55,473 nt of DNA from Candidatus Omnitrophota bacterium (lineage in GTDB: Bacteria > Omnitrophota > Gorgyraeia > Zapsychrales > Fredricksoniimonadaceae), in NCBI GenBank assembly GCA_013286575.1, contig JABDFL010000004.1, positions 1 through 55,473 on the forward strand, read 5' to 3'. Below the pieces are notes generated by a model. That model made no database searches. It saw only the letters and a list, made by a program, of their open reading frames with translations, and had not been told where the DNA came from. The translations under genes and the position numbers were made by a program. Below, in pieces: positions 17,101 to 24,031 of the stretch. Position 1 is the first letter of the stretch, and each line of letters starts with the position of its first letter.

Positions 17101-19273
17101 GCGTGCCGATTCCAAGATTATCCAAATCATCGGAAGGGAAAATCACATTCATCGCCGCATCACCTGCCCTCATCACCGCCACGCCGCCTGAGCTCATGGC
17201 ACGGTCCATACCGGCCATAGCAATTTGATTGTACCGCGCTAAATATTGATATTGGTAAACGTCAATCAGTAAATACTTCGCCCCTTGCCGCCTTGCTTGT
17301 TCTAAACAAATTTTTCCAAGAAAAATTTCATTCCCTATTAATTCATAATAAGACCTCATGTATTCATTGACTCGAACGGGCCAGGCTTGGGCTGCAAGAA
17401 AATCATCAAGCTCATCTTCACGATAATATTCTTTCGTATCAGATATTCTCTCCATGACTCTAAAAAAATAATATAACATCGTTTTCTCATCAGGATTTTC
17501 TTGAAAAAACCTTATTACCTCTTCTCTTAACCCTTCCATCCTGACCCTCAAATCCCTGATACTATCTTGAAAGTCAACGGATCTCTTAGAGCTCGCACTG
17601 ACTATATTTAAATTGACTTTGTCACGAACAAGGGCAAATATAGCAGGACCGTAAAGGGCCCTCATCAGCTTATCAGCAGCTTCCCGGGCATCAATACGGT
17701 TTGTGTAGGCTGCCGAAGCACCACTAAAGATCATTTCTTCTCTTTCTTTAAAGAGACGAATATCGTCCTTGATCTCTTTTTCCTCCATATTTACTGCGAT
17801 AATCAGTTTCCCGGTACTATTTTCTGCCCTCATGTTCTTTAAGAATTCCGGGTAGGAGGAATCGAATTTTAATGTATTAAGCCTATACATAAGTTCTTTG
17901 ACCTCCTCTACATCCGGTTTTTTATCGCTAAAAAACACCTTCTTGATTTTTTCGACCAGATAAGCGGGAACACCGGGCCAACGATATTCAGCAGTACCTT
18001 CGGCTGCTTTTACAGGAGTCGGCAGGAATGCCGTAGTGGCTATTGTAGCCGCTGCTAATCCTAAGGCTTCCCGCCTTGTCAACACAGTGTCCAATTGCAT
18101 TGTTAAACCGAGTAGGCCTGTTTTATTGTTCGGAGGAGTCGCGGTTGCTGTGATGGCCGGATCCAATAAGGTCACGCCGCCGGAGAAATATTGCCTCGGG
18201 ACGAGCTGCTGTGTTATGGGGTCTTGTTCTTCTTTAATGTAGTTATAAGCGCCTTTTTTGAAGGCTTGGAGGTAGCGTTGGTAAATGACTTGGGGGGTAA
18301 AACTTTTATACCCTATTCCTACCACCTTACTTTTGTTTTCGTATACTTGTGCCAGGATGCTTGCTTTGATTTTCTTTTTGTACCAGGTGGCGAGGATGAG
18401 AGAATTATAGACCTGCCGTAGTTGGGCGAAATTTTTGTCCTGGTTGACTTCTTTGGTGAGTTCGGGGATGACTACTTCACGGACGACCTGGGAGCCGAGG
18501 GAACTGATACTGTTAAAAGATTGCTTCGCTGCGCTCGCAATGACACTGCTTTGCAATGACGAAGGAATTGGGCCTTTTGACACATTCTTGCTAAACGCTA
18601 AATAATCCTGCTCAAGCATGACTTTTAATTTGCTTTCGATGATATAGGCGGTGCCGGCTTGGGCATTTTCGTAGACTACGGCTTTTTCGGGGACTATCCA
18701 GACTTTGTTAAAAGTGTTGACCGGAATATTTGTTGTGCCGAATTTCTTTTGGGCTTCCTCATAAATCCGTTTCCAGAATTTCCTGCCTATTTCTCCTTCA
18801 GGATAAATTAAGCTGGCGGTGATTTGTTTGAGCATATAATCTTCAGCCAACAGGTCACGGCCCATTTCGGTTAGGCCGAAGCTTTGCGGAATGATGCGAT
18901 TTTTTTCGTAGGGGCTTAAGTTTACCCAGAGATCTTTTTCAGGGATGGTGAGGCTGGCGAGGAAGTATTTTATTAGTTTGGTGGATTCTTCTTTGATAAA
19001 AGATTGCTTCGTCGCTTCGGCTCCTCGCAATGACACCGAGGACAAATCACCTTTGTCTAAAATAAAATCGAAACGGAAAGGATTGTCGGGATGGATTTTG
19101 AGGCCTTTTAGTATGGGAGGATTGAATTCCGGGCTTAGGGGGACCATTATCCCTGGTTTTGGCAATAGGAATTCACCTGCCTGGGCCGTTGGTATAGGGC
19201 CAAACGTATTAGCTAAAAAAGCAATAATTAGCCCAAGAGCTATATTAGTTCTTAAATTTAGATACTTTCTCAT
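14093..19273 (-). CDS. giant exoprotein A (1726 aa): signal peptide, conserved N-module, unknown regions, two kinase-like domains, SAM methyltransferase, conserved C-module
   Basis: An uninterrupted 5.2-kb ORF starting at ATG 19271-19273. The signal peptide is IALGLIIAFLANTFGPIPTAQA/GEF. The N- and C-modules are shared with 24032..29623 and 32693..36358. The MTase motif I is MDIFAGDGSF. Confidence 0.9.
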   Translation of the reverse strand: MRKYLNLRTNIALGLIIAFLANTFGPIPTAQAGEFLLPKPGIMVPLSPEFNPPILKGLKIHPDNPFRFDFILDKGDLSSVSLRGAEATKQSFIKEESTKLIKYFLASLTIPEKDLWVNLSPYEKNRIIPQSFGLTEMGRDLLAEDYMLKQITASLIYPEGEIGRKFWKRIYEEAQKKFGTTNIPVNTFNKVWIVPEKAVVYENAQAGTAYIIESKLKVMLEQDYLAFSKNVSKGPIPSSLQSSVIASAAKQSFNSISSLGSQVVREVVIPELTKEVNQDKNFAQLRQVYNSLILATWYKKKIKASILAQVYENKSKVVGIGYKSFTPQVIYQRYLQAFKKGAYNYIKEEQDPITQQLVPRQYFSGGVTLLDPAITATATPPNNKTGLLGLTMQLDTVLTRREALGLAAATIATTAFLPTPVKAAEGTAEYRWPGVPAYLVEKIKKVFFSDKKPDVEEVKELMYRLNTLKFDSSYPEFLKNMRAENSTGKLIIAVNMEEKEIKDDIRLFKEREEMIFSGASAAYTNRIDAREAADKLMRALYGPAIFALVRDKVNLNIVSASSKRSVDFQDSIRDLRVRMEGLREEVIRFFQENPDEKTMLYYFFRVMERISDTKEYYREDELDDFLAAQAWPVRVNEYMRSYYELIGNEIFLGKICLEQARRQGAKYLLIDVYQYQYLARYNQIAMAGMDRAMSSGGVAVMRAGDAAMNVIFPSDDLDNLGIGTHLMSQSNNAVNRRVFAKYAGAKAFSVPMLHLQPKALQRLEKALAIYWKSHPGKSIIIYADDRDIETIKVMINTGIAGRVFLNKGPVSFEDHRYDLLTMLHEGVILRKIRARNDAATNAAPKFDIDKLSSDFFEKSRLISKDRRVYRLNGPEGEEYYVKAYDNTDNTANENLSYSIARKIGVYVPDTRLIKGVEAVPLEKKFGFKSPSGLLFLVIQPIEEYAETISSEHYGLEELVAFSYLMQHTDIDFRKHHNYEIFSVNGKAHLVAFDLLTSFDKTFSTDYFYQYPVGTFLRHFNGRFDIEKLARLINFCEHLDLNEFEREFAHFKDPGSKRQALVKTQKNMRVTLIQFLKKALAQDEDLKDDLSKRQRITSLIRRLEADAPDQAIQLDLQGQRIEYGRNLLSGLKRKSNVVRNGEAMEVPEPRAQDILKSRYANDLLAEIPLGTKGLGAGTQALVLETPEGDVIRFNKDQTPRPDIDGVLQPTVSKKIGGWTVERLPKVITAGITNAGVRRLNAKLEAQGYVLIDVSYRNYDSGNLGMLPNGEMVVIDSGAVQKKPIRDAAMSPIIKGAFVNGVFNPHPEMDDRARVKAIAGKVRQINESIARNPLNRELPSPLLKVRSQYPDMRIRINALPVGLDQADIRVLQDVRISKEIISNPMEGTAFRGDRRDVWYDTDLQRYVPLNLEEEVWLYDILKLLKGNEFEDETFLSAPRSMPLSYWYDWSVRNTRPKQAYNEFIHPMAISAVVSLVDEMAAKGQKDINMMDIFAGDGSFIEKFHQALVRHFQGRDMPRMHYWLAEGNEQNLNVLDAVRKDFKERLSMYIQIIPKNLLEGESLFSSEDNVPKMDIITSIGGGFNFEVASREQALALVSEVHDFLNDGGKLLITGFSEVHLSARIFEERGFTTINTSIPLNYLRAGRLKQMYIFSKKDLQPADVAMKVEDKGGIDLTSDKALTVQNNGQGIKFHIDPAQLQELQNAPGFVPVIISIEPMLNLRKFLGATS
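18516..18565. repeat. family-1 mini-repeat copy inside giant gene A (codons ~238-253)
   Basis: aaaagattgcttcgctgcgctcgcaatgacactgctttgcaatgacgaagg has the same AGATTGC...CTCGCAATGACAC termini as the other copies. Confidence 0.65.
18999..19036. repeat. family-1 mini-repeat copy inside giant gene A (codons ~79-92)
   Basis: aaagattgcttcgtcgcttcggctcctcgcaatgacac is nearly identical to the aceF right arm. Confidence 0.7.
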
Positions 19274-19289
19274 ATAGACAAAGTATGCC

Positions 19290-20777
19290 CTATTTTCTCA
19301 TATTTTGCCACTTTTGGGGGGCAGGAGACGCGAGGATGTATAGGGACGTGCCAAAGGGGTATTGGTGCTTTAGGACGTGGCTGGCTTCCCATTGCAGGAG
19401 CTTGAATAGCCATTCATTGATCTTAGCTGAAGGCTTATCAAAGGTATCACACTGGGGTTTGTCATTTTTAGCAAATACTTTTCGAACCAATCGTATAATA
19501 GCCACGGGAAAAAATATCAACACAAATAAATAGCCGCTGCGCTTTATTTCAAAACCACTGTCTTTGACTAAATCCTCAAAATCCCGCCTGCTATAGCGGC
19601 GCATATGGGAAAGGGCCTCATCATGAGGGCTCCATAGAAAACGGAACGCGGGAACAGCCAGGACCAGCATCCCATCGTCTTTAAGGACACGTTTAAATTC
19701 AGCCATGGCCGCCACCGGGTCTGCCACATGCTCAAGCACATCCAGGGAAATAATCACATCGAAAGCTTGGGAACGGAAACCCAGGTTATGCAAATTCCCC
19801 TGGACCAGGCGCTGAACACCGTTGGTGCGGCAGAATTCCAGGGCCTCAAGCACCACATCATAGCCCACATAAAACACCCTTGAACGCAAAAATTCCATGT
19901 TATGCCCTGTGCCGCAACCGGCATCCAGGACAAATTTATTATCAAAGTTAAATCCGGACAATATTTCTTTAAAAAAATGGCCTTTGGCCTTAAACCACCA
20001 ATGTTCTTTTTCCTGGTTATACATATTGGTCAGTTCTTTCACCGACATATGCTCGGCATGGGTATTGATAGCCACGTAGTGCCAGTTTTTAATCTGGATA
20101 ATGTTCCAAAACATCCGTATGGAGTCCTTCACGAGATCGACCTTGCTGCCATCCACATGCGACCAGTTGACAGCCACTTCCTTGATGCGTAAATCCATTT
20201 TTTGGGCCAGGTACAATACCTCTAAATCAAAGCCATACCCCTCCAGATAAAGGCGGCCGAAAAGGTCCGGAATCACTGACGCGCGGAACATTTTAAAACC
20301 GCATTGGGTGTCTTTGATGCCCTTAATAAGCATCCGAGAAACAAGAAAATTGAAAATGGTCCCCATCCATTTCCGGTAAGACAAGGTCTTGACCTGGGAT
20401 TTTCCGTCGGTCAAGACCCTGGAACCTATGACGATATCATAACCCTTTTCAAAGCAATTTAAATGGCGCTCGATCTCTTCCGGTCCGGTGGAGCCGTCAG
20501 CGTCCAAAAACAATACGATCTCACCCCGGGCCGCGAAGAAACCCTGTTTGACGGCATAACCCTTGCCGTGGTTACGGCCGAGGCTCATCACTTTCAAGGC
20601 AGGGAATTCTTTTTGAAAAGATAAAGCCACGTCAGCTGTTTTGTCTTTACTCCCGTCATCAACCACCATAATTTCGTAAGAATGCGCTGACCGGCGGCAA
20701 AAACCAATAACAGTCTTTAAAAAACGGGGTAAGCGTTCTTGTTCATCTTTGGATGGGATTATAATTGAGATATTCAC
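19290..20777 (-). CDS. GT2 glycosyltransferase (polyprenyl/dolichyl-phosphate sugar transferase-like) fused to a class I SAM methyltransferase
   Basis: 495 aa. The N-terminal part has IIIPSKDEQERL...VVDDGSKDKT...FLDADGS (GT-A DxD). The C-terminal part has VLDAGCGTGHNMEFL, FDVIISLDVLEHV and a terminal TM helix. The gene ends 16 nt before the start of giant gene A. Confidence 0.8.
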   Translation of the reverse strand: MNISIIIPSKDEQERLPRFLKTVIGFCRRSAHSYEIMVVDDGSKDKTADVALSFQKEFPALKVMSLGRNHGKGYAVKQGFFAARGEIVLFLDADGSTGPEEIERHLNCFEKGYDIVIGSRVLTDGKSQVKTLSYRKWMGTIFNFLVSRMLIKGIKDTQCGFKMFRASVIPDLFGRLYLEGYGFDLEVLYLAQKMDLRIKEVAVNWSHVDGSKVDLVKDSIRMFWNIIQIKNWHYVAINTHAEHMSVKELTNMYNQEKEHWWFKAKGHFFKEILSGFNFDNKFVLDAGCGTGHNMEFLRSRVFYVGYDVVLEALEFCRTNGVQRLVQGNLHNLGFRSQAFDVIISLDVLEHVADPVAAMAEFKRVLKDDGMLVLAVPAFRFLWSPHDEALSHMRRYSRRDFEDLVKDSGFEIKRSGYLFVLIFFPVAIIRLVRKVFAKNDKPQCDTFDKPSAKINEWLFKLLQWEASHVLKHQYPFGTSLYILASPAPQKWQNMRK

Positions 20778-20784
20778 TGCGGAA

Positions 20785-21156
20785 TTAAATTTCCTGGCCT
20801 ATGGTATCTTTGACGACGCGGCGTATATCGTCGACCTCAAATGGTTTCTTTAAACATTCCACCGCCCCCAGGGAACGGGCCTGTTTGCGTTTTTCATCCA
20901 GGCTATAACCGCTCATCATCACCACCGGCAATCCCGGGCTGACAGCCCTTATTTTCTTGAGGACTTCCACACCATCATTGTCCGGCATTACCATATCCAT
21001 AAACGCGATATCAAATTGATGGTTTTTAACAGCTTCCATTGCCTCCGGAAGGTCATGGACGACCGTAATATGATGGCCGTAATAGCCCATGGTCAGGTTG
21101 AAAAAATCCCCGATGACTTTTTTATCGTCGACAACTAAAATATGAAGATGCTTCAT
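20785..21156 (-). CDS. stand-alone response regulator receiver (CheY-like)
   Basis: 123 aa with ILVVDD, the phospho-acceptor region DIAFMDMVMPDNDG, and KKPF. Confidence 0.85.
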   Translation of the reverse strand: MKHLHILVVDDKKVIGDFFNLTMGYYGHHITVVHDLPEAMEAVKNHQFDIAFMDMVMPDNDGVEVLKKIRAVSPGLPVVMMSGYSLDEKRKQARSLGAVECLKKPFEVDDIRRVVKDTIGQEI

Positions 21157-22025
21157 GCAGCACTCTCCTGATTAATTTTATCAAGATGGACACAGGGCAG
21201 CTTGACCGTAAAAATGGTGCCTTCCTGATTGCTTTGGACACTGATATTCCCCCCGTGTTCGTTGACCAAATCCTGGCACAAGGCCAAACCGATGCCTGAT
21301 CCCTGGGGTTTGGTGGAAAAAAACGGGTCAAAGATCCTGGCCTGGTGTTCGCGGGTAATGCCGGGCCCGTTATCTTTAAAAATGACAACAGCCTGGTTAT
21401 TTTCAACGTCATATTTCGAAGTCACCAGCAGGGTGCGCAGGGCCCCGTGAGGCATTTCACTTAAGGCCTCCATGGCATTGACGACGAGATTCATAAATAC
21501 CTGCTGCAGGTGCAAGGCATCCCCGAAAATCAACGGTACGGAATCGTCTAATTGCAGGTCCCATCCGATGCGGCGGATGCGCAGCTCATCGAGCAGTAAA
21601 TGAAAAGACTTATGGACGACAGTATTGATATTGATGTCTGTTTTCTGGATTTTCCGGTGGCGGATCAATTCCATCAGGTTGGCCAGCATGTCCTTGATGT
21701 AAAAAGACTGCTCATCCATCACACAGACAGGCTTATAAAAAGGGGAGTTGATGTCCATTTCTTTTTTCATAAAACGCACAAAACCATGGATGGCCGTGAT
21801 GGGCTGGCTGATTTGATGCAAAAGCCCGGCGCTCAGGGCCGCGACCGCCCCTTTTTTGCCGCTATCCATCAATTTGACCTGGGCTGTTTTTAATTCCTTG
21901 ATCGTGGTTTCCAGCTGCCGGTTTTTTTCTTTAAGGGCATGGTTAAGCCTGATGTTCTGGATAAAAAACCAGGCCAGGACAGCCAGCAGGATACAAACAA
22001 TGGAAAGATAAATGATGTGCAGCAT
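21153..22025 (-). CDS. sensor histidine kinase, minimal (one TM, no extracytoplasmic sensor domain)
   Basis: 290 aa with one TM helix, then a coiled coil. It has the H-box LLHQISQPITAIHGF, N-box VNAMEA, G1 DNGPGI and G2 GSGIGLALC. It overlaps the response regulator gene by 4 nt. Confidence 0.85.
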   Translation of the reverse strand: MLHIIYLSIVCILLAVLAWFFIQNIRLNHALKEKNRQLETTIKELKTAQVKLMDSGKKGAVAALSAGLLHQISQPITAIHGFVRFMKKEMDINSPFYKPVCVMDEQSFYIKDMLANLMELIRHRKIQKTDININTVVHKSFHLLLDELRIRRIGWDLQLDDSVPLIFGDALHLQQVFMNLVVNAMEALSEMPHGALRTLLVTSKYDVENNQAVVIFKDNGPGITREHQARIFDPFFSTKPQGSGIGLALCQDLVNEHGGNISVQSNQEGTIFTVKLPCVHLDKINQESAA

Positions 22026-23011
22026 TAGATTCCTTTAAAATCAAGCTTGTCCCCCACCTTCCAGTTATGAGAGGTGGTGTAACCGCTGTTAATTTCCAAA
22101 ACATAACGGGCTTTTCTGTCAGGCGTGTAAACCGGGCAAGGGTCACTCGTGCAAGCAGGGATATCATGGCCTATAAAGACAATATGGCCGTCGAGGCTTA
22201 TCCACAACATGTCCAGATTAAATTGCATATTTTTCATCCAGAATGACTGAAAGTCATCAAAAGTAAAAATAAAAAGCATGCCCTTGTCCCGGCCTAAACC
22301 TGTGCGGTACATCAACCCGCGGTCCATGTCCGCCTGTTTAGAAACCACCTCGACGCTCACGCAATCGTCCAGATGACAGACCTGCGGAGGCACTGCACCG
22401 GCATGGCAAACGCCGGAAAGCAAAAATATAAAAAAGAGCGCACTCACTCCAAATTTTTTCAGCATTGCTGCCAGCTTGGCCAAAGGCAGGCCTACCACGT
22501 TAAAATAACAACCCTCGATGCGCGGGATAAAAAGGGCGCCTTTGCCCTCGATATCAAAACCGCCTGCTTTATCCAGGGGAGAAACAAGCTGATGATAACG
22601 GTCGATCGCCTGATCAGTCAGTTTGGTCATAAACACCTTTGTTTTTTCCCAACCCATCTCGCGGCGTCCGGTCCCTGCATCGATGACAGCCACGCCTGAA
22701 TACACCCAATGCGGCCGGGCCATCAATTCTTTAAGATTCTTTTTCGCTTCCTGCATATTGCGAGGTTTAAGAATAAGCCTGCCCTTAGAAGAAAGCACCA
22801 CCGTATCTGAGCCGATGATTATCCCCTCGCCCAGGCGCTGGGCCACTTCCCTGGCTTTTCTCAAAGCATTGACCTGGACAAGATGGGCACAGCCATGGGT
22901 CAAACGCGTGATTTCCCGGGCCCGGCTTGGGGTGACTGTAAAAGGCAGCCCCAATATTTTCATAAGCTTTCGACGCTGAGGGCTAGCCGAAGCCAGGACG
23001 ATCTTTTTCAT
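22025..23011 (-). CDS. maf: Maf-like nucleoside-triphosphate pyrophosphatase fused in frame to a DUF192-type domain
   Basis: Residues 1-180 are Maf-like (IVLASASPQRRKLM...GGFDIEGKG...GLP). Residues 183-204 look like a signal peptide (MLKKFGVSALFFIFLLSGVCHA). The rest is DUF192-like (GMLFIF...MKNMQFNLDMLWI...YVLEINSG). Confidence 0.75.
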   Translation of the reverse strand: MKKIVLASASPQRRKLMKILGLPFTVTPSRAREITRLTHGCAHLVQVNALRKAREVAQRLGEGIIIGSDTVVLSSKGRLILKPRNMQEAKKNLKELMARPHWVYSGVAVIDAGTGRREMGWEKTKVFMTKLTDQAIDRYHQLVSPLDKAGGFDIEGKGALFIPRIEGCYFNVVGLPLAKLAAMLKKFGVSALFFIFLLSGVCHAGAVPPQVCHLDDCVSVEVVSKQADMDRGLMYRTGLGRDKGMLFIFTFDDFQSFWMKNMQFNLDMLWISLDGHIVFIGHDIPACTSDPCPVYTPDRKARYVLEINSGYTTSHNWKVGDKLDFKGI

Positions 23012-23565
23012 TGAAGGAATTCAGCAATAGTAAAAATGGATTTCAAAGGCACATGATACTTGGCCAAGGCCTCCTGGGCGCCTTCACCCCGGTCGATGAT
23101 ACAGATGGCTTGTTTAATTTTGATATTCATCTTCTGCAGCACTTCAATCGATTCCACAAAAGCCTTGCCGGTGGTTGCCACATCATCAATGATCACCACA
23201 GACCCGGCTTCCGGAAGTAACGGGCCTTCGACCTGCTGCTGCTTGCCGTGCGCTTTGGGCTGCTTGCGGATGATAAAGGTGTTGATAGGACGGCCTGCCT
23301 GGTGGCTTAAAGAGGCAATGGCCCCCACCATAGGGTCAGCGCCCAGGGTAGGGCCGCCGATGGCATCGGGCATATCTTTGCTGATCATATCCAGCATAAT
23401 GCGCGCGGTCAAATACGCTCCCGGGGCAGAAAGGGTCACGAGACGGGCATCGAGGTAAAAGTTACTCTCTTTTCCCGATGATAAAATAAATTTACCCTTG
23501 GAGAAAGCCTGTGTCTTCAGGAGGCGGAATAATTCTTTTCTGTCATTGTCTATAGGTGTGTGCAT
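23008..23565 (-). CDS. pyrE: orotate phosphoribosyltransferase
   Basis: 185 aa with GKFILSSGKESNFYLD and the PRPP loop VVIIDDVATTGKA. Confidence 0.9.
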   Translation of the reverse strand: MHTPIDNDRKELFRLLKTQAFSKGKFILSSGKESNFYLDARLVTLSAPGAYLTARIMLDMISKDMPDAIGGPTLGADPMVGAIASLSHQAGRPINTFIIRKQPKAHGKQQQVEGPLLPEAGSVVIIDDVATTGKAFVESIEVLQKMNIKIKQAICIIDRGEGAQEALAKYHVPLKSIFTIAEFLQ

Positions 23566-23861
23566 TAAAATTGAGGGAGCTCCAGGTTGCGGCCATGGAT
23601 CTCGACTAAGAGCAACATGCGGAATTTTAACAGGGCTTTGTAGTCTTTGTATTCTTTAGGACTGAAACCGGATGTGGTATGAAAGGAAGAGCTCGCCTGG
23701 ATTTCCACCAGCGTATTTTCATAGGTATCAATGAGCTCATCATCGGTGAGCTTGGTGATAGCCGATTTATCTAAAATGATCACGTCTGATGGGTACTCAG
23801 CCATGACCAGGGGTGTGAAAGATAAAACCATCATCATCGCTAAAGCAAATTTTTTATGCAT
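23565..23861 (-). CDS. small secreted hypothetical protein
   Basis: 98 aa with the signal peptide FALAMMMVLSFTPLVMA/EY. Its stop overlaps the pyrE start by 1 nt. I recognise no family. Confidence 0.5.
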   Translation of the reverse strand: MHKKFALAMMMVLSFTPLVMAEYPSDVIILDKSAITKLTDDELIDTYENTLVEIQASSSFHTTSGFSPKEYKDYKALLKFRMLLLVEIHGRNLELPQF

Positions 23862-24031
23862 ATGCCCCCTGGTTAATTGGTCCTTTAAAATCTCTCCTGA
23901 GTCGATTAATTATATGGTAACACTATGTTGTCTGTCAAGTTATGTGGAGCTATCTTTGAAAATCATCTTTTGAATACAAAAACGCCCTTTAAGTTACTGT
24001 TTAGGTAGAAATTCGCTATAAAAACTTAATC

